Source of the DNA: Hormiphora californensis
Taxonomy: Eukaryota; Animalia; Ctenophora
Length of the DNA: 64,000 nucleotides
Assembly: GCA_020137815.1 (NCBI GenBank)
Contig: CM035352.1
Span: 496,001-560,000 of the forward strand
Direction: 5' to 3'
In this document: positions 1 to 36,694 of the stretch, piece by piece
Numbering within the stretch: the stretch's first letter is position 1
How the letters are laid out: each line of letters starts with the position of its first letter
Notes under the pieces: generated by a model
The model's input: only the letters and a program-made list of their open reading frames with translations
What the model was told of the DNA's origin: nothing
Databases searched by the model: none
Translations under genes and position numbers: made by a program

Positions 1-323
1 TTAATCATTATTGACGGAGAAGATGATTCCTTACTAGACAGACAATTCCTAATGAATAAACTAAGAAATAATAAGCTAAGTTGGAGACTGGCAAAAGGGT
101 TTAATCATTATAATGCATTATAATGCATTTAACCATTATAATGCATTATTGTCTGCAATCTGACAATGGCTTTTACACCGAATTATTCCTTGATTCAAGG
201 GTGTCACGCAACTAGTAACTACCGAATTATTCCTCCTACAATCCTTCATATAATATAAATGGGCTATTACAACCGCTACATATTTTGCACTCCAACTTGT
301 ACTTTTATACGTTACAAACTCAC

Positions 324-1490
324 GAAAGGTTTGGTGGTTGCAATAGATGTGTCGTGGGGGTAGTAAACAGCTCGAACTCGAAATATCCCCGAGAGACTGA
401 GCAGCATGGGGGTAGTTACCATATTCCAGTTCCATAGCCATCCAGCCACATGACGGTGTGCGGACTCTAGTGCTACACTCTAAGTCTAAAGAGGACTCTA
501 TATCTAAATTTAGATTTAGATAAAGAGTCCAAATAATTCTAAACTCTAGGAGGACTCTTTATCTAAAAAGTCTACACAGGGCGGACTCTTTATCTAAAAA
601 GTCTAAACAAAGTGGACTCTATATCTACATAAATCTAAATTAGATATAGAGTCCGCCTTTCGCCGCGAACTCGAGATTTCGGCCGTTAGGCCGGAAACGA
701 GAGTTTGCTCTACCCCTATACTAATTTAGAAGTGTTAGGGCCGTTATTTGGGTTCGAGGTTAGGGTTAGGGTTAGTGTTAGGGTTAGGTTTTGGGTTGGG
801 TTAGGATTTTAGACATAGAGTCCGGGTTGGAGGATTTGGCGCCAAAATGTACTAGAGGACTCTATATCTAAAAAGTCTACACAAGGCGGACTCTTTATCT
901 AAAAAGTCTACACAGGGAGGACTCTTTATCTAAACTTTTTTCAAAATCTAACTGTAGATAAAGAGTCCGTTTTTAGATATAGAGTCCGCCTTGGATTTAG
1001 ATAAAGAGTCCGTTAGCACTAGAGTCCGCCCACCCCACATGACATGCACACGTGTTAAAAAGCACAGGTCTACCTGTAGTCGAGATGGATCGGGCTAGAC
1101 GTTGACCCTTCTAAAATAATCGACGGGAGGGGGATCTATCTGGTAGTTTAAGTGTCTAGTCTGTGGACTGTAAGAATGCGTTTTACAGATATCTCAGTGG
1201 GTATTGTGTGATTTCAAACTCACCTAATACAAGAAATATGCCAGAGTAGATTGCTACAGTTGAGGTTATGAGATCTGTAATGGTCTCAAATATAGCTATC
1301 ACGTAGTATGGTTTGGATCGACCCAGCCGAATGAATGCCGTAAGAGCTATGAAGTTGAAGGACAAACCGAAAACTCCCATCAACAGATGAAGCTGAAATA
1401 AATGGGGGTCAAGTTCTTAACATGATGTTGGACTTCGCAAAATTTTATTGGCACTTACCGCTGATGTGATGGATAAAACGTTTTGTTCTG
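324..1490 (-). CDS. Spliced rhodopsin-like (class A) GPCR, partial (TM1-TM3 visible); TM3 exon interrupted by a MITE
   Basis: Manual splicing: exon ending at 1459 (..VLSITSA|gtaagt), exon 1224-1392 (LHLLMGVFGLSFNFIALTAFIRLGRSKPYYVIAIFETITDLITSTVAIYSGIFLVL; TM1 Asn, TM2 Asp), exon 1073-324 after removing MITE 455-1034 plus one TSD (GRPVLFNTCACHVAGWLWNWNMVTTPMLLSLSGIFRVRAVYYP; TM3 Cys and RxxAVxxP). Splice phases are compatible. 5' and 3' ends not resolved. Confidence 0.65.
455..1034. mobile_element. MITE with 9-bp TSD (Mutator-like), internal GGACTCT(A/T)TATCTA repeats and a TTAGGG-like core
   Basis: TIR GGTG(T/G)GCGGACTCTAGTGCTA at both ends; TSD CCACATGAC at 446-454 and 1035-1043. Confidence 0.85.
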
Positions 1491-1530
1491 CTTTAAGTTA
1501 AACTTCAAACTGTCATATATATATATATAT

Positions 1531-1616
1531 GGGGGGGGGGGGGTGACACGTAACGCTTTGTAACATGTGCAGAAAACTTTTTGTGCACGTTACATGTCAC
1601 CCCCCCCCCCCCCCCC
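1531..1616. repeat. Short foldback (polyG-GTGACA...TGTCAC-polyC)
   Basis: Inverted arms; termini resemble the inner G-run termini of the 10050-10960 element. Confidence 0.6.
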
Positions 1617-2482
1617 TCATATGGAGGAGCGCGTGAGAGCAGTGTTCAGAGCATTGGTTAGCCAAGCTTGGCAGACCTCAAGTAAGACCTGTATGGCGGC
1701 GCCATACCCCATTTGATTCTCAGATGGGTCGCGGCGCCAGACAGAGTAAGACCACTGTATCTCCACTCACCACTCCCCAAGTAATATCAATATAGTCCAG
1801 ACACATCATCGTAGTGGATGTTGAATTAGTATCCATATCGCAATAGTAGACATGACAATCCAGAAATACATATTTTTGGCTCAGATCAGTCTTGTACCCT
1901 CTAGCACAGTTCTTAACCAGATTAGTCGTACACTCATTTCGAGAGACAAATGTGGCTTCACACCCATTCATTGATCTGTCATACTGAAACTGAACGCATT
2001 TGGAATTGGTACAGCGGGATTGTATAACATGTGTAGCAGCTTTGAGTTGTTTTATGTAAACTAAGATAATATTATATATAGTATAGTGTATTTTCTATAT
2101 CTATGTTTTTCTATATATAGAAATAGATATAGAAATAAGGCGCTATCTATATCGTATCTATTTATATCGTACATGAGCTCTGATAGCTGTCACTATAACT
2201 GACAAAATGGGGCCTGCAGAGTGCAGGGTGTTTATCTTGCCTTGTTCGACGGTCGAACTTCGACCCTCCTTAAAAAGAGTTTGAACAAAACAATGTTTAT
2301 TACATGTCACCAAAAAAGGCAGAGCTGTGGACACTGGGCTCGATAATATATCGAGCCAAACAGAATATCTTTGATCAATGAATTTAATTTAATAGTTATA
2401 CAGCCGGACCCTAATTGACCGGACGGGTAAATTCAACTGGATACTGCATTTACTATTTACTTTTTGTATCATGTGCAGTCTA

Positions 2483-4129
2483 CCGGGTAGTAGAGTCAAT
2501 TATAAGCAAACTCACCTTCTCTGATTTCGATGAAACTTCTCCCATGCTAAAATATGGTAATGGGGGTACCAATACCGCTTATTTTGAGTCCGGAAAACTT
2601 TTGGTTCGTTAAACGAGAAATAGCAGGCGTTTGTAGTTATAAACGCCTGCTGTTCGCGGCACATTGGCACGTGCGGCATGGGCAGCAGGCGTTCATAACT
2701 ACATTATATTCCTCGTCGAATTCCACGTCGGTCGTCGAAGTTCACGTCGAGATATGGCAATTATGTCGGATGACCACAGGTCGCTTTACAGTCTGATTTC
2801 AATTTGAGAGAATGGCGGTGCCAGACAGATGAATTTAATTGATTTGATGTTGATCTGCTGTCAGGCCAATGATCTGATCTGTGAGAAGGATTCGGGACAC
2901 GTTATAATCACACTGAGAGTGAGGTGTTCCAATATATGGTATATTAGACTAGTAGGCCCGTTCGCCCTACGGGCGAATTTCGGGGAAATGGTAGCTGGAT
3001 TAGGGAACGCTGACATCACCTGCACCATCCGTTCCTAGCCTATCTCTCACTTTCTCCCTATACTACGTTGTTTTACGCTATGTTGTTGTACGCTCTGGGC
3101 TTCCTGACAATGTCAAGGTGCGAATTTAAAAAATCAATGTCAGGGAGGTTCAGTGCTGTTACAGAAACTCATCACGTGAAAACTTGGCCGCTATGTAGCC
3201 AATTCAGAGATTTCTATATTCGATTGGAGTAATCACCCTTGGGCGACGTTGGGTAAAGCTATCAGTAGTCGTTGATTGGCTCGCTTGAACACGTTGGCGT
3301 AATCTGTCATATTCTCTAGCCTGCTCTCTGACAGCAGCAGATCTTCCGGACCCAAATGACCGTTGCCGAATAGCGCTTGGGGTTGAAGAGTTAGACATCA
3401 GGACAAAAGTAAAAGAATGCACGTGCAGAATTGAATTTCCCTTAGTACCCAAAACTGCAACTGGGAGTGAGGTTTCTAAGTTGCTCTAATAATTGCACGT
3501 GCAGGTGTAGTTGCTAGGTGATGTAGCACTGACAATTTGAATAGTAAGTAGTATGATATCGCTAATTGAAAAACGCCAAAATGGCCTAAAATTGAAATTT
3601 TGGAGTTGGAACTCCAGACTTCGTAGAGATGTCCGCTAGGATGCCAATATGCACTAAAAGTGGGCTCCGGCTCAAATTCGTCCGAATTTTTGCGTAAGAC
3701 CGGATGGACTGAATTTTGGTCACGTGAATTGGCTCCAAAATCAGATTTTTGCTATTTGTGCCTTTCATGCACGTCGGAGATGAAAAAGAAGGTCATTTCG
3801 TCTCATTTTTTCCTTTCTGCATCGTTTAAGCCCCCTATAAATCTCCCTTACTTTAATGGTTCAGAAGTTAGCCAAAGTCACGTGACCAAAATTCAGTCCA
3901 TCCGGTCTTACGCAAAAATTTGGACAAATTTGGGCCAGAGCCACTTTTAGTGCATATTGGCATCCTAGCGGACATCTCTACGAAGTCTGGAGTTCCAACT
4001 CCAAAATTTCATTTTGGCGTTTTCCGGACTCAAAATAAGCGGTATTGGTACCCTCATTACCATATTTTAGCATGGGAGAAGTTTCATTGAAGTCAGAGAA
4101 GGTGAGTTTGCTAATCGACTCTACCAGGG
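2483..4129. mobile_element. TA-flanked foldback DNA transposon derivative; left arm split by a ~970-bp insertion
   Basis: Right arm 3878-4129 is the reverse complement of 2483-2598 plus ~3572-3728; TA at 2481-2482 and 4130-4131. Confidence 0.75.
2949..2978 (-). mobile_element. Helitron-like 3' terminus
   Basis: Minus strand TTCGCCC-GTA-GGGCGAA hairpin, then CGGGCCTA-CTAG|T; lies within the insertion that splits the foldback above. 5' end not identified. Confidence 0.5.
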
Positions 4130-5390
4130 TATAACACTGACACACTGCACCATATCTCATCGTTGTCCCTAGATAGACGGTTTGTATGAGTACTATGAGT
4201 GTACTATGAGAGAAGAAGAGAAAAGGGGGACCTCGTAGTTCGTACTCACAAGGGTGAAGGGGACATTTACTGGAATTCAAATATGACTCACTAAAAGGGG
4301 GCATGAAATGTATAATGATCCATTCTGACCTGTCCATCAGAGGTACCTAGTACCATACCGCTAACGCGTTATAGCACGTCTTTCTAACCTAGAACATGTA
4401 ATTAACTATTGATTAACTATTGATTAATTACACGAGAGGAATGGGGGGGGGGGGCAATAGCATGGATGGGGGTACTGCAGGATACTCCCACCTGAACAAT
4501 AGTGTGAACGCCTCCTCCACTGAGAACTTGAAAAGCAGTTTGAACGGTACAAGTCTCCTCCTCCATGTATTTATTGTATACACATCGGCCGGGTGATAAT
4601 AAGACTACAGATCTCGGAAAGAGGAGTTTGTAATAATTCAACGTGAGGAGACCAGCTGGCAGCGGACGAAGGAGATGGGAGAGCTCTGACTACCACTTTT
4701 TAGGGAAAGAAAAAAGTATAGGCTAGCTGGCAGACACAGAAGAAAGAGAATAGATGATGTGGGATACTGGTAGTTCATGGGAATTGGGGATAGACACATG
4801 ACCATGTATAACATACATAGTACATACATAGTATAGATAGACTGTGACTGTTCAATGTTCATACAACCAACTGACCTGTACACCAATTGTACTGGAGTGT
4901 TGATCAGTCTCCTCTAACTGTAGCTTTAGACTCCCGGTCCGCACTCCGCCTTAATATTAGAGTCCGCCCTAATTAGGGACTAGCCGAGTCTGTTTCGCCT
5001 AGGACCCCCCCCCCCCCCCCCCCCCGATCCATCTGCATACTACGCAGTGTAGTTCATTAACATCCATTAAGACAAAGTAGTAAAATATTTGTAAGTAATG
5101 CATTATATATGTGCATTATACAGGGCTCAAGCTTTATTGACTTGCTCCATGCCTCCATAGTTCCGAAAAGGGAACTCCTGGTCCTTACCCTAATCGCATA
5201 CAATTGCATTATTCACTTGTTCCATAATTCCGAAAGGGACCTTCCCTAGGCTCTAGTTAGTAAGGATCCTTGCTTTCACAAATGTATTGTTACCAGCTTG
5301 TAGTCATTACTGTGTTACTGCCCCACTGCGGCAATACATTCAAAAACTAGAAATACAGCATCTTTATGTTTTATTCTAGATACAGAGACT

Positions 5391-6434
5391 ATGGCGATGT
5401 TCAGTAACGGAGGAACATCCAATCCTGACTTTGTGTTCTTCATACTTGCTGTGACAATGTCTGTCCTAGGAATACCGCTCAATGCTCTCGTTATTCGACA
5501 CAATCTAGGTAAAAATTCTTCTCTCGCCCGAACTCTCCACCTGATCCTGGCTATATCTGACCTCCTGACTGGTACCTACAACTCCCTTCACCTCGCTACC
5601 ACTCTCTGGACGGAGAAAGATCCTGAGTGTGCTTCAAGTAACCAGAGCTCAATCTGTGAGAACAGCTACTACTACTACGCGATGCTAGAGGACAGTGTAT
5701 CATGTGCAATAGGAGGGGTAGTAAGATTCCTAGCTTGTCTCTCCTCCGTTATTATAACTTCCCATCTGACATTAGCCAGGTATCTACAGGTGAAATTCCC
5801 AATTCGACCACCACCTAGGAAGAAAATTCTTGGATCTTTAGTGACCTGTCTCGTTTACTATACAATCTGGATTACTATATTCACCTTCATAGCAAGGCCA
5901 GACAGACTGGTTTGGACAGTTAGATCGGGACAGTGTCACTTCTCCATGGGGCTGAGGTTATTCAAAATAAATATCCCCGCCAATGAGCTGGTTTTATTTG
6001 CTGCCGTTCCGAACATTCTTGCTCAACTCACCGGGATAGTGAGTGGTGCCTTAACGCTGCTGTCCCTGATCAAGAAATATAGGAACCCAATCGGTGGTAA
6101 AAGTCGATCATCTAATTATGCAGTAGGCTCAATTAAGGTTCTGATTTTGAATTCATGGAGTTTCTTTCATTTCATGATCCTACGAACACTCCAGTTAAAG
6201 GCACTAGTAACCGCAAATTCCAATATCCCAGAGACCCTAGAAGAGTTCAACGAGACCAGGATAAAGACACCTTACTGGATCGTGGCTATGTTTTTCTGTC
6301 TAATCCGGGTAGTCCCTACACTGTGTGGAGTTACCAATGCAATTATTTACCTAATGTTTGCTAGGGCCTCTGATGCCCTCACTCCATCTAACAATATATC
6401 AGCCAATAGAAGAATGCAAACAACGGAATTGTAA
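5391..6434 (+). CDS. Intronless class A-like orphan GPCR, 347 aa
   Basis: Seven hydrophobic segments; TM1 GIPLN, TM2 LAISDLL, TM3 end LARY(L)QVKFP (DRY variant), TM7 NAIIY (NPxxY variant). Confidence 0.85.
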   Translation: MAMFSNGGTSNPDFVFFILAVTMSVLGIPLNALVIRHNLGKNSSLARTLHLILAISDLLTGTYNSLHLATTLWTEKDPECASSNQSSICENSYYYYAMLEDSVSCAIGGVVRFLACLSSVIITSHLTLARYLQVKFPIRPPPRKKILGSLVTCLVYYTIWITIFTFIARPDRLVWTVRSGQCHFSMGLRLFKINIPANELVLFAAVPNILAQLTGIVSGALTLLSLIKKYRNPIGGKSRSSNYAVGSIKVLILNSWSFFHFMILRTLQLKALVTANSNIPETLEEFNETRIKTPYWIVAMFFCLIRVVPTLCGVTNAIIYLMFARASDALTPSNNISANRRMQTTEL

Positions 6435-7056
6435 GTAGAATTGTAAGTTGGTCCCTTACACAGCACATAGTCATATGCAGTAGAGCTATATACATTAACG
6501 AAAGCGCTGAGTTTAATACTACACGAGGGACTGGGTACTAGTTTTTATAGCAGAGTCTAGCTTCGAAGACTTGGTGGTGACTAAATACTGTGTTTCATGT
6601 GTGCTGTTATACGTTTATACACATAATTGTGTTGATCCGCTGGTAGCTTTGATCCGTCAACCAGGACTATTTGATGCTCTCACTGCACTGTATTATATAT
6701 AGATAACCCAGGGGGGGGGGGTTATAATCATCTTTCAGCAACAAGAATGAATGCATTATTTATAGCACCACATTTCCCTGCCTAGAAAATACTGACTTTG
6801 GTCTTGGTCATCACCTAACATAATGAGATTCTGAAAAGACCGATGATCCGTGATGGGCTGTCTAATTAGGCTCCATTTCTAATCTCTCTGGTCTCAAATC
6901 AACTCAATTCATACTGAAATGGCAACAACTGCAGAACGCAGTTGAAATGACGAAGACATGACATAACGGAAGATGAACACGCCCTAAAAAGATCACCGGG
7001 ACAGAGAGAAATCCACTCCAACATTGTGAGACAACTAATCATCTAACCCCTACTGC

Positions 7057-7107
7057 TGTCAATCAATACAATGTCGCCTGCAGCAGGCGACATTGTATTG
7101 ATTGACA
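7057..7107. repeat. Perfect 51-bp hairpin (25-bp arms, 1-nt centre)
   Basis: TGTCAATCAATACAATGTCGCCTGC-A-GCAGGCGACATTGTATTGATTGACA. Confidence 0.9.
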
Positions 7108-7755
7108 AGAGGCACCTTGCTTCAACTGGGATTCACTATACTAATGACCGGACGCGCGTTCATCTTCTAATTATAAAAGTGCACCATTTCAGCACCACAA
7201 GTACATTGTATACATTGCGCGCATGTATACTTTAAGTGAAGGACCCGTGCATGAGCGGATAAGAACCCGTACCACCTGGGAACCAATGTATCTAGTATCC
7301 GGGAACCAACTTATTAATACCACACATCTCTACCCAGGCCTTGACATGTTCCTCGTCTGTCAGCTCTCACAACGGGCCGAAGACCCGGTGTGAGCGTAAG
7401 CGAGGCGCTTAACGTGCCGAACAGGCAAACTGCGTAGTATGGCAGCCCAGGCCCAGGGGGGGGGGGGGTAAGTTAGCTAGCCGTTGGATCATGTATTTCC
7501 AAGATGGATTCCACCCAAATAATCGTTTGTAGAAAAAGTGAAAAATCCAGTTTAAATGACGATTTGAAATCTATTTAGCTGTACATATACAAAATATATC
7601 TCTCTGTATTTACAATTTCACAGTTCACATGACAGGTGCTGCAGTACACAATATGAACCACACGGGAATTGTTCTATTATTTACTTCTGCACTAAAAATG
7701 TCTGTTACAGTCTATCACTCTCAGTTTCTCACTCTTTATCCCTATAAATTGTTCA

Positions 7756-32212
<24,457 letters not shown>

Positions 32213-32799
32213 TTCACTACTTCATCCTGAGAATAACGAATATATTTTGGCTTCAAACCTGTCAGCTTTTAAACATAATTAAGAATTGTGGCATAAAAAT
32301 ATCGATATGGCTGGAATTCAGCCGCTGAATCACAGTGACTGGGATTTGAATGCGCTGCAGCCCCCTCATGCACGCAACCCCGCAACGAGGGGACTGGAGG
32401 GAATGCCGTGCACGCGTTTGGTCTGAGTCGAAAATAACTTTGCGGTCGAAAAAACAGTGGTACTTTGGCCCCTGAAGTCTGTTTGACTTGATTCTTTCAC
32501 CAGTAGTTAGATCTAACAATTATCTACCTTGCTGTTTTTGAGAAAAGTTAATTAGACTTAAGGGGGCTGAGCAATAGCCGTTTAAAGATGGGTTGTATTC
32601 GAAAAGTGACGTCACAGGTTCCTGCAGGCTGCAGGGATACCTTTTTTCAAATTTTTATTCAAATTTCGATTTTACCGCATTAGATTTTGCGAAGTTTGGT
32701 TCATATCCCATATTCCTGATAAGATAGAGACTTGAAACTGGTTGCATTTGAAAGCTCTTATCTTACTCTTTCCAGCGCTACCAAAACGATTTCTGTACC

Positions 32800-33833
32800 T
32801 TACAGTTTACAAGTTTACAATAAAAGTTTTAGTGTACACAACAGGCCTTCCCTTAGTGGGTCCACCTAAATAAATTAAACACGTATCACCTCTCAGCCAC
32901 TCTCAGACATGAACAGCACATTGAGGGGAAATATCATTTGGAAGTGATGGATAGCCTCTGACAGGGGGACGGTCATAAAAACCTGTCAAGTAATTGCCCA
33001 GGGATGATTTGAATTGACCTAAGCTTCCACAAGAGTTAACGGCCGCTGGCAACCTGTTCCACAGGTGAGCAGCTCTCGGTCCGAAGGAAGAATGGTACTG
33101 ATTCGCTCTCCAGGTCTCAGCCCGATGTGGAAACATTGGCGGAACTAACCTCATACCCAGCCTTGCACTGTGTTGGAACACAAGGTTTGCAGAATTCGGA
33201 ACAAACCCATGGATCGTCTTCCACACATGTATCAACATGTAACGTTGTCTCCTACGTTGAAGAGACATCAGGTTGAGAACTTTTAATCTCTCCCAATAGT
33301 CGAGATTCTGCATTCCGTCAAGTCTTCTGGTAAAACACCTTTGGACGTTCTCAATTGACTTGATGTCCCCAGACTTTGACGGATCCCAGACCAGACAACA
33401 ATACTCCAAAATTGGTCTGACCAGTGATTTGAAGAGTTGCAACATTACCTCTGGTGAACGATCTCGAAAAACACTGAAAATCCACCCAGATAGAAGAGAG
33501 GCTCTCCTCACAATGATGGCAATGTGCTTAGACCAAGAACCATCCGAGGACATCTGGACACCCAAGTCACGGACATCAGCTTCAGGAAACAGTTGTACTC
33601 CAGATTTTGTGGTATACGAACATATGTCAACTGAAAAAGGGAATTCCTTGTAGATTGCCGACTTGTTCAATCTGTAACTCAGGAGTTGAAATTTCTGATC
33701 ATGTAGCACCATATTGTTTATCTTGGCCCATTCTGTAACCCTCAAAAGATCAGTTTGTAAACCCTCCTGATCAACGATATCTGTTATGGCTTTCATTAAC
33801 TTGGTATCATCCGCAAAGGTGAGACACTTACTG
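32800..33833 (-). mobile_element. LINE A (CR1/L2-group), 3' half: RT from FADD to C-terminus, 3' UTR and short tandem tail
   Basis: KCLTFADDTKL..DLGV..LFKSLVRPILEYCCLVW..IENVQRCFTR..LMSLQRRR; (TGTAAACT)-type tail near 32800-32820. Confidence 0.85.
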
Positions 33834-35225
33834 ATTTGATTTGATTTGAAAAAGGATAAAAATCGATATACAATATATAAAGACAATATCCCGGTTGGCT
33901 CCTATTGACGGAGTGTCAATATAGACGGAGCGCTTACACCTCAAAATACTATAAAAATTCACACACAGACAGTTCTCGCACACTACGGACAAACAGACTA
34001 ATATAGTATACTTTTAATAGCTAAATAAAAATAGAAATGGCTATAAGGCTATTCACACTAGACTAGATGGTTAATTTTAATTCACTCATTAATGATAAAA
34101 ATAATTACTTACCCTTGCCCATTTTTCCTAGTCCCCCACCCCTCCCCCATAATCCCCATCCAAAATTTAGTATACCGTCGGCTGTTGGTAGAGATTTATA
34201 TCAGATAGAATTCATATCTGTGGTGGGGGCGCCCGTCCTGTTTCAAACTGTTCAACACCACTCCAAACCTCCTATTTGAGTACAATGTAAAGAATGAGCT
34301 ATGTGTGGAGGTGGGAGAGATACCGCAGAAATAAAGGAAGAGAAAGGGACCCCCACCACAGAGGCGAATTAAGTTGTGTCATGTAATTGTAAGGCGTTCC
34401 AGAGATGGTCTTTCAGTTTGGAGGAAAATAAATTGTGTTCGGTTGTATTTCTCAGTTCTTGAGGCAGTAAATTCCACTCAAGGTGGCAACGGTAGAAGTA
34501 ACAGTTTTTGAACAGGTCCACTCTGGGTTGTTCAATGCATATAATGTTCGTTCTGTCTCGTTTCGTTTGTTGTCTGGTGGTGCGTCTGAAATGTGATTCC
34601 GGATCGTATTTTTGTAGGAAAGATGGAAATTTTATAGGAGATGTTTCATAGAATATTTTATGGAACAACTTAAGATCATTATATTGAAATTTTTGAGTCA
34701 TTGGGAGTACGTCAATCTCCCTGAGTTTCTTTACATACGTTTCTAAATTATAACTAGTGTCTGTTTCACCGAATATCCATTTTGTGGCACGTTTCTGCAA
34801 ACTTTCAAACTTAAGCAGACTTGAATCACTTACTGGTCGCCATATTTGGCTACAGTGTTCGAACAGGGATCTAACTAGACTAATGTAGAGGTTCTTCTTC
34901 TTTAGGGGGCATTTAACTAATACTCCTACACGCTTCACCAGTCCTAATCTTTGAGAAGCTTTGGAAACAACAGTTTTCTGGTGTTCTATTGGCGATAATT
35001 TGTGGTTAGTTGAGACTCCTAGATCAATTTCTTTTTCACATGATTTAATTTCATTTCTGTCTAAGCGATAATTTAATTGATGTCGATTAATGTTTTGAGT
35101 ACATCTAAGCAGCTTACACTTGTTGGGATGGAATATTATTTTATTATCGTTAGCCCATTGCACTAAACTATCGATGTCGGGCTGCAAACTATCTTCTTCA
35201 CTATTTATAACACGCCATATTTTAA

Positions 35226-36218
35226 GGCCAGAGGGGGGGGGTCGACGGGTTTTTTGGGGTGTTTTTTGAGGTATACGTTATATGAAAGCGCTGGGCAAGG
35301 CGGATCGATTAGAACAGACGTCATCGATGTTGCGTGCACCGTTTGGCCAAAATTTGGGGGTTAACATTTGGCCTATAATGGATGTTAACCCCTATAAATC
35401 AGGATTGGTGGGGTCTAGAACATCCATCATTGTACCAAAGGCTTCGTCTTGTCTTGATACAACTTCCTGAAAAGTTTTATGTCGTTACTCCAACTACTTC
35501 TTGATTTTTTGGGGGTTTACAAAATATGCGGAAAAAGCCCTTTTTGCCTCTAATTTTGCTCTTTTTTGGGACATCCTGCCTCACTTCCTGAAATAACGGC
35601 TAGGACTCAGACCTTGCCGTTTGGCATAGTTGTTCTAGAGACCGTGTTCTTCAAATTTGATGTAGCGATTTTTGATTAAGGCCCCCGTTCAAAAATTATA
35701 GGGGTTAACATTTGTTTTGTCCATGAAAATTTTATGTAAACCCCTATAATTTTTGAACGGGGGCCTTAATCAAAAATCGCTACATCAAATTTCAAGAACA
35801 CGGTCTCTAGAACAACTATGCCAAACGGCAAGGTCTGAGTCCTAGCCGTTATTTCGGGAAGTGAGGCAGGATGTCCCAAAAAAGAGCAAAATTAGAGGCA
35901 AAAAGGGCTTTTTCCGCATATTTTGTAAACCCCCAAAAAATCAAGAAGTAGTTGGAGTAACGACATAAAACTTTTCAGGAAGTTGTATCAAGACAAGACG
36001 AAGCCTTTGGTACAATGATGGATGTTCTAGACCCCACCAATCCTGATTTATAGGGGTTAACATCCATTATAGGCCAAATGTTAACCCCCAAATTTTGGCC
36101 AAACGGTGCGCGCAACATCGATGACGTCTGTTCTAATCGATCCGCCTTGCCCAGCGCTTTCATATAACGTATACCTCAAAAAACACCCCAAAAAACCCGT
36201 CGACCCCCCCCTCTGGCC
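35226..36218. mobile_element. 993-bp near-perfect foldback with TTAA TSD (Kolobok-like non-autonomous element)
   Basis: ~485-bp inverted arms (identical 62-aa ORFs on both strands), GG..CC termini, TTAA at 35222-35225 and 36219-36222. Confidence 0.88.
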
Positions 36219-36694
36219 TTAAGATCATCTGCATATAGCCTAATTTTAGTTAGATCATCATCTCTTACAACATTAGCTATATCATTTATAAATAACACAA
36301 ACAAGAAAGGCCCTAGTATTGAGCCTTGTGGAACTCCACTCCTGACCTCTACCCATTCTGAGAAATCCCCATCTAGCACAACCCTTTGTTGCCTACCGGA
36401 TAAATAATTTATTAGGAAACGTAACATCTTACCTTCTAAATTGAACTCATTTTTTAATTTTCTTATAATTACGTCATGTGATACACTATCGAAGGCCTTC
36501 TGAAAGTCAAAGTAAACTATGTCTGTTTGATATCGGTTATTTATGTTAAGCGCTAATTCGCAATTAAATTCAATCAGCTGCGACGTACATGACTTAAAGG
36601 GTACAAAACCATGCTGATAGGGAGTTATTTTATCTAAACAGGCTTTGTATAGGCGTTCTCTTATCCCCATATTAATATTATTGTTATCATTAAA

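Noticed and set aside
760-810. True telomere or chromosome fusion site
   Set aside because: Short, degenerate, single orientation, and internal to a MITE
1720-4570. Possible further upstream exons of the minus-strand GPCR (Cys-rich 1770-2050; 4240-4345; 4492-4566)
   Set aside because: Plausible splice sites, but phases could not be reconciled and no domain was recognised
32606-32615. Perfect CRE/ATF site GTGACGTCAC upstream of CFAP47
   Set aside because: A single short motif in sequence resembling a MITE fragment; no supporting evidence
35282-36163. Two identical 62-aa ORFs on opposite strands
   Set aside because: A by-product of the foldback's inverted arms; no transposase motifs
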